DNA of 64,000 bases from Halobacteriovoraceae bacterium (GTDB taxonomy: Bacteria > Bdellovibrionota > Bacteriovoracia > Bacteriovoracales > Bacteriovoracaceae). The position numbers were made by a program, and so were the translations under genes. A model generated the notes under the pieces. It worked only from the letters and a program-made list of their open reading frames with translations. It did no database searches and was not told the origin of the DNA. The stretch spans positions 373,323 to 437,322 of the forward strand of contig CAVRCF010000002.1 of the NCBI GenBank assembly GCA_963719505.1, written 5' to 3'. Below, piece by piece: positions 9,898-18,155 of this stretch (its first letter is position 1; each line of letters begins with the position of its first letter).

Positions 9898-11097
9898 TTA
9901 CTTTTCACTGGGCTCGTAGCGATTTTCAACACTTGGCCTCACCCTTAGGCTTGCTAGAAAGGGGACTTGAAAAGTTAGGCTCAGTCTGTCTCGATGATCT
10001 ATTTGTTTTAGGGCCAGATCCCAGGGTGATGTAAAATCAATGGCTCTAGATGTTTTAATTCCCTTTCTAAAATGAAGTTCAAAGCTACTCTCTAGTTCTA
10101 AGCTGGCCAAGAAGATATCAAATTCGGTCCCAACTGATAGACCAAATCGAACCTCATTGAGCTTAAATAAACCCCTGTTTTGTTCTGCACGGTCTGCTGT
10201 TTTAAGAATGCTTAAAAATGGGATCGTTAACGAACTCATATTGAGTTTTTTAAGAATATCAGCTTTACGTGTCTTCGTATATTCTACTAAAAAACCCGAG
10301 CCTGCAGATAAGGAGGCAAATTTGATATCTCCGCTGATATTTAGATCAAAAGAGGCTCTTAGACGATAGAGGTTATAGCCGGTTTCCCTTTTAATTTCAT
10401 TTTCATCGACTTTGGAAATCTTTTTAAATAGTTTATCTACAAGCTCACTTTGTCTCGAGGATTCCTTCTCCTTTGAAGGTGTAATTTTAAATCTAAACCT
10501 AATTCTTTTGTCGTAGCCCACTTTTAAAAAATCTAATATTCCAAGATCAAAAGAGAAATAATAGTTTCTCCAAAAGCTATTTATCTGCCACCCATTGGGC
10601 GGGGTGATGGAGCTCATTGTTTTAGCAAAAGTACTTATTTTTTTGGCATCTTTGTGGAGAGTTTTTAAAATTTTTCTTCTCACTGACGGTTTTATTGAAT
10701 TCCAATCAACTTGAGATTTCAACTGCTCGACCAGATCCAATTTAAGTTTCTGTTGTTCATCCTGAGTTACGGATAGGGTTTTCATGGTCTTCGGAGTATC
10801 TGTTTCTTTTCTCCAAATGAACTCAACTGATTTTGAAAATCCAGTTGAGAAAATGCCAATGCCACCTTGGCCACTTATTCCAATAGAGGCATCAATCCGT
10901 TCAAGGTTGTCGTATTTTCTATTTGCCTTGTCGATAATCCCCTCGTAAGCCTTAATGATAGACTCGATTTTCTCAGGGGCATAGACTTGAGAATCCTCTT
11001 TTAATAAGGTCTTTTTTCCAATCCAAGATAAAGGAATATCTTGGGCGTGAAGACAAAAAGAAAAGGCGAGGAGACTTAAAATGAAGAGATTTTTCAT
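9898..11097 (-). CDS. Secreted protein with about five amphipathic beta-hairpin repeats
   Basis: Signal peptide; repeated ~35-aa units such as LFKLNEVRFGLSVGTEFDIFLASLELESSFELHFRK. Confidence 0.6.
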   Translation of the reverse strand: MKNLFILSLLAFSFCLHAQDIPLSWIGKKTLLKEDSQVYAPEKIESIIKAYEGIIDKANRKYDNLERIDASIGISGQGGIGIFSTGFSKSVEFIWRKETDTPKTMKTLSVTQDEQQKLKLDLVEQLKSQVDWNSIKPSVRRKILKTLHKDAKKISTFAKTMSSITPPNGWQINSFWRNYYFSFDLGILDFLKVGYDKRIRFRFKITPSKEKESSRQSELVDKLFKKISKVDENEIKRETGYNLYRLRASFDLNISGDIKFASLSAGSGFLVEYTKTRKADILKKLNMSSLTIPFLSILKTADRAEQNRGLFKLNEVRFGLSVGTEFDIFLASLELESSFELHFRKGIKTSRAIDFTSPWDLALKQIDHRDRLSLTFQVPFLASLRVRPSVENRYEPSEK

Positions 11098-11375
11098 TTG
11101 TCATTCTCCGGATAAAAACGAAATTCTATCGCAGTTTCAATGCCTTTATTCCAGCTCCAAAGTCCCGCTTTGGTATCAATACTTAAACCAATGATCCTTT
11201 GAGAAAGGGAGAGTGAATTTTTAAGGGTGCTTTTTTGTCCAATGGATTCATCGAGTGAGTGAAGAATAAGGTTTTCAAAGTCCTGGCTTTCCACCTGTGT
11301 TTTAGGACCAATATAAAGGGTCTGCGCATGGAGCGCACTCGTCATGAGAAAAAAGGCGATAATAGACTTTTTCAT
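11094..11375 (-). CDS. Small secreted protein with a single beta-hairpin unit related to the next gene
   Basis: Signal peptide; YIGPKT versus WIGKKT in the neighbour; GLSIDTKAGLWSWNKGIETAIEFRF; 4-bp overlap. Confidence 0.6.
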   Translation of the reverse strand: MKKSIIAFFLMTSALHAQTLYIGPKTQVESQDFENLILHSLDESIGQKSTLKNSLSLSQRIIGLSIDTKAGLWSWNKGIETAIEFRFYPENDK

Positions 11376-11491
11376 GGGGAAATTTTATAGCTTTCATGAT
11401 CCAAATCAATCAATTAAGAATAAAATGTAATTTTTTCAGATTAAATTCTGCTTAATTTGTCTGTGAACACAATCTTTAAATTTTTAAAAGC

Positions 11492-12433
11492 TTAAACGAG
11501 CTCTTCAACCTCTTTGAAATACTTAAATGTTGTACCGATGTTTGAGGCTATTTTAATATGTTCTTGGGAGTCCATTTTAGTGGTCCACCAAGACTTTCTT
11601 ATGAGAATTTGATCAACAAGGTTTGGGTGGAGTTTAGATATTTCCAAATAAATTTCAGGATCTCTTTGGCCTTCATCACCGATGAGAATCAATTGACCTT
11701 TGTTAACGAGCTTCGAGATCTCTATAAGGTAGTCAAACTTTTGATGATGAGACTTTTTTGACTTTTGTTTGTCTCTTGTATTTTGAAGAAGGATTGGTCC
11801 GTTTGGAAAATCAAATTCAAGAATAAAATCTTTAATCATAGGATAGAGATCCCATGTCGAGCTTGAGACGTATATGATTTTATTTCCTGCTCTTTCTAAA
11901 TTCTGATAAAATTCACTCGCTCCTTCAAAGGAGCTTCTTTTTTTTAAAGGTCTAAATAGAGTTCTCAGTATTAACTTGGTAAGATTGGTCGCTTGAGATT
12001 TTAAAATAGTATCATCGAGATCACTCACAACAAGTTTCGAATCTCGACTCAGAAAATCAATAGGTATGTCTTTGTAGTTCTCATGCCCTTTTATTTTAAA
12101 TTTTAAAACTTTTGATTGGGTTTCTACTTGTAGAGTCTTTTCAATAAATCCTCTTTTTGATGTTTTAAGAATGTGTTTTCTTCCATCAATGAGAAGCTCT
12201 ACCTCTGTTCTTTTCGAACTTCTCGACAAAAAGAGTCGAATAACTTTGAGGATATGGGATGGATGTGAATCCTTTTTAGAGAATTTGATATCGGAATTTG
12301 ATCTTACGATTCTAAGCCTCAAAAAAAGATTTTCACCATTGCTAATACAGGCGTATGTAAGAACCCTTTTAGGTTCTTTTCCTTTGAAGATAGACAAAGT
12401 CTCTCTTAAAAAATGGAGTGCATGATTAAGCAT
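11492..12433 (-). CDS. App1-family phosphatidate phosphatase (DUF2183, HAD-like)
   Basis: VVSDLDDTI, YVSSSTW.LY, FPNGP and LIGDEGQRDPEIY motifs. Confidence 0.8.
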   Translation of the reverse strand: MLNHALHFLRETLSIFKGKEPKRVLTYACISNGENLFLRLRIVRSNSDIKFSKKDSHPSHILKVIRLFLSRSSKRTEVELLIDGRKHILKTSKRGFIEKTLQVETQSKVLKFKIKGHENYKDIPIDFLSRDSKLVVSDLDDTILKSQATNLTKLILRTLFRPLKKRSSFEGASEFYQNLERAGNKIIYVSSSTWDLYPMIKDFILEFDFPNGPILLQNTRDKQKSKKSHHQKFDYLIEISKLVNKGQLILIGDEGQRDPEIYLEISKLHPNLVDQILIRKSWWTTKMDSQEHIKIASNIGTTFKYFKEVEELV

Positions 12434-12692
12434 TTTTACCTCTTTGTTGATTTGTCTTTTCTATCTTAACAAATACAGAGAGATATACCTTGTATTGATT
12501 TGCATCAGATGTGTATTTTTTTTCAATAAATACAATATATTTCTATGACGAGGTGCAAGCTATGAAAGTTGACTTTTCTACTGTCTTTTCTCTTCAAAGA
12601 AACAATAAGTTGTAGTGTTTTGTGTTGAATTATTCACAGTACCTTCATGGATTTATGAGATAAAAGGTAAATACCTCCCGTATTATTATTAC

Positions 12693-12818
12693 AAGAGGAA
12701 GAGATCACATCTCTAAACCAGTCTAAGGACTAAACGGCCCGCCTCAAGTAGCTAAAAAATTTTAGCTACATTATCTAAAAAAAGTATTTATCAATACATT
12801 CTAGAATCTCTTCCTCTT
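12693..12818. ncRNA. Putative structured ncRNA, copy 1 (126 nt)
   Basis: 13-bp perfect terminal stem AAGAGGAAGAGAT/ATCTCTTCCTCTT and internal hairpins; no ORF; TATTAT 6 nt upstream on the + strand. Confidence 0.5.
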
Positions 12819-12979
12819 AAGCTTTTTAAAGTTTAAATCTATCGCGCTAGTAGGTGAGTCTTTAGGTCGATTTTGAATAAATTTGGTTTCAATGACTTGT
12901 ATATTTTTGTGTTTAATATTGCACAGAACCTTCATGGATTTATGAGATAAATTGTAAGCACCTCACGTACTATTATTAC

Positions 12980-13105
12980 AAGAGGAAGAGATCACATCTC
13001 TAAACCAGTCTAAGGACTAAATGCCCCACCTCAAGTAGCTAAAAAATTTTAGCTACATTATCTAAAAAAAGTATTTATCAATACATTCTAGAATCTCTTC
13101 CTCTT
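12980..13105. ncRNA. Putative structured ncRNA, copy 2 (126 nt)
   Basis: Three substitutions relative to copy 1; TACTAT 6 nt upstream on the + strand. Confidence 0.5.
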
Positions 13106-13111
13106 AAGCTT

Positions 13112-13567
13112 TTACCAAGAGCCAATATTTTCCATGCTCTGCCATGGCTCGCATATTTTAAGAGAATCACCTTTTTGAAGCAGTTCTATAGAGATACCAT
13201 CAGGAGATTTGATAAAGGCCATGTGTCCATCTCTTGGAGGTCTATTGAGAATAACACCTTGATCCATCAGGTTCTTGCAAAATTCATAAATATTATCTAC
13301 TCTGTAGGCAAGATGACCAAAGTTTCTTCCACCTTGATAGTCCTCAGTGTCACCATTTTCATCAGGCCAGTTATAGGTTAGCTCGAGAAGGGGAGATTTA
13401 CTTGTTTGAGCTTTTTCAAAATTTTCATCATCTGACAGAAAGATCAATGTAAAACGTCCTCTTTCATTCTCTGATCGACTGACTTCTTTGAGGCCAAGCT
13501 TATCACAGTAAAAGTCCAAACTTTTTGTTAGGTTTTTAATTCTTATCATCGTGTGAAGATATTGCAT
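13112..13567 (-). CDS. gloA: Lactoylglutathione lyase (glyoxalase I, VOC family)
   Basis: YLHTMIR, LELTYNW, GRNFGHLAY and RPPRDGHMAF.SPD.ISIELLQ. Confidence 0.9.
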   Translation of the reverse strand: MQYLHTMIRIKNLTKSLDFYCDKLGLKEVSRSENERGRFTLIFLSDDENFEKAQTSKSPLLELTYNWPDENGDTEDYQGGRNFGHLAYRVDNIYEFCKNLMDQGVILNRPPRDGHMAFIKSPDGISIELLQKGDSLKICEPWQSMENIGSW

Positions 13568-13575
13568 GAGAACTC

Positions 13576-14304
13576 CTATAAGTTTTTATATAAAATAAAG
13601 GATCCCATAATAATAAGAAAAATAGCAAATATCTTTTTTAATTTTGCTTGTGGAACTTTTGTATTAAGGATGGCACCTAGGAAAATACCAATAGTTGAGC
13701 AGATTGAAAAAAGGATCATGAGCTTCCAAGGTATATCGACTCTGCCAAGATAGGATAGGAAGCCAAAAATAGAATTAAAGCTAATAATGAAAAGTGATGT
13801 TCCCACAGCTTTTCTCATATCTATTCCGGTAAAGAACATAAGTGCCGGAACGATTAAGAACCCCCCCCCAACGCCGATAATTCCTGTCATGACTCCAACA
13901 AAAATGCCCGATACTGAGATGAGTGGGTAGTTGAGACCTCTGGGGTGGTCATCTATTTCAGCTCTTCCTCGAAACATAAATACTGCGGCAATTATCATAA
14001 TGGCAGAAAAAATGAGAAGTTGTATCTGACCGGTTAAAAATTGACTTAGATAAGATCCAAGATAGGTTCCAGGTACGGCGAACCCTCCAAAGATAAAAGC
14101 AATTTTAAAACTTATGTTTTTATTTTTAAAGTGACCGTACATGCCCATTAAAGCTGTCCAACCAACAATCGCTAAGCTCATTGCAACGGAGACTTTAGGG
14201 TCTACATTAAAGATGTAGACAAGAATGGGGACGGTGAGAATAGATCCACCTCCACCAAGAAGGCCCATTGCCAAACCAGCAAATAAAGCTAAAGCATATC
14301 CCAT
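13576..14304 (-). CDS. TauE/SafE sulfite exporter family permease
   Basis: GLLGGGGSILTVP, GVGGGFLIVPAL and AVGTSL; polytopic membrane protein. Confidence 0.9.
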   Translation of the reverse strand: MGYALALFAGLAMGLLGGGGSILTVPILVYIFNVDPKVSVAMSLAIVGWTALMGMYGHFKNKNISFKIAFIFGGFAVPGTYLGSYLSQFLTGQIQLLIFSAIMIIAAVFMFRGRAEIDDHPRGLNYPLISVSGIFVGVMTGIIGVGGGFLIVPALMFFTGIDMRKAVGTSLFIISFNSIFGFLSYLGRVDIPWKLMILFSICSTIGIFLGAILNTKVPQAKLKKIFAIFLIIMGSFILYKNL

Positions 14305-14353
14305 AATCTTATTCCTTTTCTTTCTATACTAGCTTTTAACCAGCGGCATGTAA

Positions 14354-14367
14354 TTGATAGAGATCAA
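14354..14367. promoter_or_regulatory. Perfect FNR-type box TTGAT-AGAG-ATCAA upstream of the TauE gene
   Basis: Matches TTGAT-N4-ATCAA about 50 bp upstream of the start at 14304. Confidence 0.7.
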
Positions 14368-14972
14368 TGACCAAAGTTTTTTAAGTCTTCTTCACTCAAA
14401 ATATCTATGGATCTTCCATTCTTCTCAATAATCTTGGCTTTTTCTAGTTTTGATATAACTCTTGCCACTGACTCTGGGGTTGTCGATGCGAAATCAGCGA
14501 TGTCTTTACCTTTCCATTTAATTTCGGGATCTTTAATTTTCAAAAAAAGTAAGGCTTCGGCCACTCTCTTAGTTACTGTTTTATCCTGGACTGATGCTAA
14601 ACGAATTTCAGTTTGCGCCAAGTCCCTTGCCAAGGTTTTCATAATCGTTTTTAAAATTTCTGGGCTTTCAGAGCAAAGTTGATCACATGCCTCTTTTGAA
14701 ATGACTTTCACTTTTATATCTGTGAGAGCAAAAGCTGTAGCGTGATGGGGCTCTTGTGCAAAAAAAGAGCGATGACCCATATGATCATTTTCTTTGAAGA
14801 TTCTGAGAAATGTGCTCTTTCCATTTTCTGTATTATAAGAGAGTCCAACAACACCATCAAGGAGATAGTAGACATGGTCTGGAGCATCACCCTCATGGTA
14901 AACAAAAGCGCCTTTAGTTAATACTTTTACTGGAAGAGATGTATCTAACTTGACGATATTACTTAGACTCAA
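14364..14972 (-). CDS. Crp/Fnr-family transcriptional regulator
   Basis: cNMP-binding fold (VYHEGD..HVYYLLDG) and HTH DIADFASTTPESVARVISKL. Confidence 0.9.
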   Translation of the reverse strand: MSLSNIVKLDTSLPVKVLTKGAFVYHEGDAPDHVYYLLDGVVGLSYNTENGKSTFLRIFKENDHMGHRSFFAQEPHHATAFALTDIKVKVISKEACDQLCSESPEILKTIMKTLARDLAQTEIRLASVQDKTVTKRVAEALLFLKIKDPEIKWKGKDIADFASTTPESVARVISKLEKAKIIEKNGRSIDILSEEDLKNFGH

Positions 14973-14992
14973 GTGTTAATCCTTTTACAAAA

Positions 14993-15006
14993 TTGATAGA
15001 GAACAA
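14993..15006. promoter_or_regulatory. FNR-type box TTGAT-AGAG-AACAA in the divergent promoter
   Basis: One mismatch to consensus; same spacer as the box at 14354. Confidence 0.6.
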
Positions 15007-15065
15007 TGTTTTAAATTTGATATTAATATATGATACTGAATGAAAGGACTATTAGGAAATATATT

Positions 15066-15944
15066 ATGACTTTAAAAGTACAACATTTTTTCGACGAAAA
15101 GACTAAAACATTAAGTTATATCGTTTATGATGAAAAGACGTCAGACTGCGTCCTTATTGATCCCGTTTTAGATTATGATCAAGCCTCCTCAAAGATTTCA
15201 AATGAATCAATAAAGGCGGTTAAAAGTTTTATAGCAAAGAAGTCTCTAAAGGTGCATTATATTTTAGAGACTCATGCTCATGCGGATCACCTCTCAGGAG
15301 CTCAGGAATTATTAGAATCTTTTGATCATGCAAAGCTTGTGATTGGAAAAAACATCACAAAGGTTCAAGAAGTTTTTTCTAAAATATACAATTTAAAAAA
15401 CCTAAACCTCAAAGGTGAACAGTTCGATATCTTAGTCGATGAAGACTCTGTTTTGAAAGCCGGAAGCTTTGAGATTAATGTCATCGAAACTCCTGGGCAT
15501 ACGCCAGCTTGCGTCTCTTATCATATAGAAAACCATCTCTTCACAGGAGATGCTCTTTTTATGCCTGACTATGGAACGGGAAGGTGTGACTTTCCAGCAG
15601 GAAGTGCAAAAGACCTTTACCATTCAATACACGAAAAGCTTTATAAACTACCAGATGAAACACAGTTCTACACCTGTCACGATTATCAACCCAACGGAAG
15701 ACAGATGATATACACATCTTCAATCGGTGAGAGTAAAGCTCGTAATATTCAGTTGAAAGACTCTACAACACGTAGTGAGTACATAGAGTTCAGAGAGAAA
15801 AGAGATGCCACTTTGAGCGCACCAACTCTTTTACTTCCAAGTATACAAATAAATATTGATGGAGGCCGTCTTCCCAAAGAAGAAGACAACGGCACCTCTT
15901 ATATAAAAATACCTTTAAACAGAGAGGACGAATATGAACGGTGA
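15066..15944 (+). CDS. Persulfide dioxygenase (ETHE1/Blh-like MBL-fold)
   Basis: IDPVLDYD, ETHAHADH, TPGHTPAC, FMPDYGTGRCDFP and CHDY. Start placed at ATG 15066 (AGGA RBS). Confidence 0.9.
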   Translation: MTLKVQHFFDEKTKTLSYIVYDEKTSDCVLIDPVLDYDQASSKISNESIKAVKSFIAKKSLKVHYILETHAHADHLSGAQELLESFDHAKLVIGKNITKVQEVFSKIYNLKNLNLKGEQFDILVDEDSVLKAGSFEINVIETPGHTPACVSYHIENHLFTGDALFMPDYGTGRCDFPAGSAKDLYHSIHEKLYKLPDETQFYTCHDYQPNGRQMIYTSSIGESKARNIQLKDSTTRSEYIEFREKRDATLSAPTLLLPSIQINIDGGRLPKEEDNGTSYIKIPLNREDEYER

Positions 15945-16353
15945 AATATTATTTCCTCTTATTGGAGGCATTTTAATTGGGTTGGCAGCTAGCCTTGTTC
16001 TTGTCGGTTTAGGAAAAATCACAGGTATAAGTGGTATTTTAGCATCAGCCGTTTTTAATCCAACTCTTAAAGAAAATGTCTGGAAGATTGTTTTTGTCTG
16101 TGGCTTGATTCTTGGTGGACTTTTAATGAGAAGGTTTTATCCCGAACTTTTTAACTATTCCATTTCAACCAATATTCCTCTTGTTATTGCGGCAGGTTTG
16201 TTGGTTGGATTCGGCACCAGGCTTGGAAGTGGATGCACCTCTGGGCACGGGGTTTGCGGTTTACCAAGACTGTCAAAAAGATCCTTAGTCGCGACCCTCA
16301 CTTTCATGGGGAGCGGAATTATAACTGTTCTGATTAAAGGAGCTCTTTCATGA
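15934..16353 (+). CDS. YeeE/YedE sulfur-compound transporter subunit
   Basis: GISG and GTRLGSGCTSGHGVCG..RLS.RS. Confidence 0.9.
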   Translation: MNGEILFPLIGGILIGLAASLVLVGLGKITGISGILASAVFNPTLKENVWKIVFVCGLILGGLLMRRFYPELFNYSISTNIPLVIAAGLLVGFGTRLGSGCTSGHGVCGLPRLSKRSLVATLTFMGSGIITVLIKGALS

Positions 16354-16751
16354 AAAATGTTCTGAGTTTATTTGCAGGGATGATATTTGCCATAGGTCTT
16401 GTCGTATCAGGAATGACAAATCCCGCAAGAGTCATCGGTTTTTTAGATATTTTTGGGCAGTGGGATTATTCCTTGGCCTTTGTCATGGGTGGAGCTGTTG
16501 TTGTTAACTTGGTTCTTTTTCGATGGATTTTAAAAAGAGATCCCATTTTTAATGGTAAACATGATCTTCCGACAAATAAGCTTATCGATAAAAAACTAAT
16601 TATTGGATCAACTTTATTTGGTGTCGGTTGGGGACTTGTTGGAATTTGTCCAGGTCCAAGTATCGTTAATCTCGTCACTGGAAACGTCAGCGCAATCATC
16701 TTTTTTCTCGCAATGATTGCTGGTTTTTTCTTAGAAAAAAAGCTTAATTAA
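16350..16751 (+). CDS. YeeE/YedE-family partner subunit
   Basis: SGMTNP..VIGFLD..G.WD.SL and FGVGWGL.G.CPGP. Confidence 0.9.
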   Translation: MKNVLSLFAGMIFAIGLVVSGMTNPARVIGFLDIFGQWDYSLAFVMGGAVVVNLVLFRWILKRDPIFNGKHDLPTNKLIDKKLIIGSTLFGVGWGLVGICPGPSIVNLVTGNVSAIIFFLAMIAGFFLEKKLN

Positions 16752-18117
16752 ATTCGCCATTTTTCAATTTATCAAAATATCGTTTCGTTTGAACTTTAAG
16801 CTTAGGCAGTAAAAGCCAAATAGCAATGATATTTGGAAACACCATCATCCCGGTCATAATGTCCGAGAAGTCGAGAACTGCTTGAACTTTCCATACTGAT
16901 CCCAGAAAAGCCACGATACAAAAGACAACTTTATAGGGGACGATACCTTTTTCTCCTGTCAGATAGTGAATCGCTGTCTCACCGTAATAAGACCAACTTA
17001 TCAATGTAGAAAAAGCAAATAATGTTGCAGCAACTGGAATAAAGAAATGTCCAAAACCATCTATTACTGTGTCAAAAGCTAGTGCTGTTAAGGGGACACC
17101 AACTAAGTCTGAGCTTTCCCACACGCCTGTTGTGAGAATAACTAAAGCTGTAAGAGTACAGATTGTAACGGTATCGATAAAAGGTCCAAGGAGAGCGACA
17201 ACACCCTCTCTAACTGGCTCTGTCGTTGATGCGGCAGAGTGTGCAATCGCCGCAGATCCCAAGCCCGCTTCATTCGAGAAGCATGCTCTTTTTACTCCTT
17301 GAAGGATGGCCATGTGCATCGTTGCAACAAGTCCTCCCGAGAGTCCTGTATTAGAAAAAGCACTTGTAATAATTAGAGAGATGAGACCAGGGATTTTTTC
17401 ATAGTGAAAAGAGATGACAATAATGCATCCAATAATATAAGTGACGGCCATCACAGGAACAAGAAGACTGGTGACTTTGGCAATTCTGTTAATTCCACCA
17501 ATAATTACAATACCACCTAGAATCATAATCGTTAGACCCGTCACTAGGTGTGGGACGCCAAAGCTTTGATTGAGGATGACCGCTGACTGATTTGTTTGAA
17601 ACATATTGGCAATTCCAAAACTTCCGATAGCGATTGAAAGAGCGTAGAACTTTGCCATTGGCTTGAACTTTTTTCCAAGTCCCAGTTCCATATAGTACAT
17701 TGGTCCACCACGAACAACGCCATTTGGCTCAATTTTTCTAAAGAGAATGGCGAGTGTGGATTCAGCATATTTTGTGGCCATCCCAATAACTCCAGCGACA
17801 ATCATCCAAAATACAGCCCCAGGACCACCATACTTTATAATGATGGCAACGATTCCAATATTTCCTAGACCTATAGTGGCAGAAAGAGCGGTCATAAGTG
17901 CTTGAAAATGAGAAATCTGTCCTGGGTCATCATCTTTATCAAATTTTCCACGAATAACTTGAATCCCGTGGAGAAAGGCTTTTCTTTGAATACCTCCATA
18001 AATACCGCCAAGAATAACGGATAGAAGGAGTCCTGATAAAATTAAAACAATAATTGTAGGAAGTCCCCAAACATAGCTAACTGTAAGGGCCAAAAAGTTT
18101 TCGATAGAAGTCATCAT
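16744..18117 (-). CDS. Alanine/glycine:cation symporter (AGCS family)
   Basis: ISHFQAL..ALSATIG.GNI, GGPGAVFWM, GGPMYY, FSNEAGLGS and DTVTICT.T. Confidence 0.9.
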   Translation of the reverse strand: MMTSIENFLALTVSYVWGLPTIIVLILSGLLLSVILGGIYGGIQRKAFLHGIQVIRGKFDKDDDPGQISHFQALMTALSATIGLGNIGIVAIIIKYGGPGAVFWMIVAGVIGMATKYAESTLAILFRKIEPNGVVRGGPMYYMELGLGKKFKPMAKFYALSIAIGSFGIANMFQTNQSAVILNQSFGVPHLVTGLTIMILGGIVIIGGINRIAKVTSLLVPVMAVTYIIGCIIVISFHYEKIPGLISLIITSAFSNTGLSGGLVATMHMAILQGVKRACFSNEAGLGSAAIAHSAASTTEPVREGVVALLGPFIDTVTICTLTALVILTTGVWESSDLVGVPLTALAFDTVIDGFGHFFIPVAATLFAFSTLISWSYYGETAIHYLTGEKGIVPYKVVFCIVAFLGSVWKVQAVLDFSDIMTGMMVFPNIIAIWLLLPKLKVQTKRYFDKLKNGEFN

Positions 18118-18155
18118 AACTAATAGTGACGCAATAAATTTACATTGTAAAATAG

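Larger units (their letters stand above)
12610..13112. repeat. Intergenic direct repeat, two ~215-bp units (12610-12825 and 12897-13112), period 287 bp
   Basis: Direct alignment: a near-identical 126-bp core plus a more diverged ~80-bp left part. Confidence 0.9.

Noticed and set aside
12610-13112. CRISPR array, retron msr-msd, MITE or c-di-GMP riboswitch as the explanation of the tandem repeat
   Set aside because: Only two long units with no repeat-spacer pattern or cas genes; no reverse transcriptase in the window; no target duplication around the 13-bp inverted ends. GTCTAAGG resembles part of the GEMM motif, but the GGCAAACC/GAAA/GACGCAAAG core is absent.
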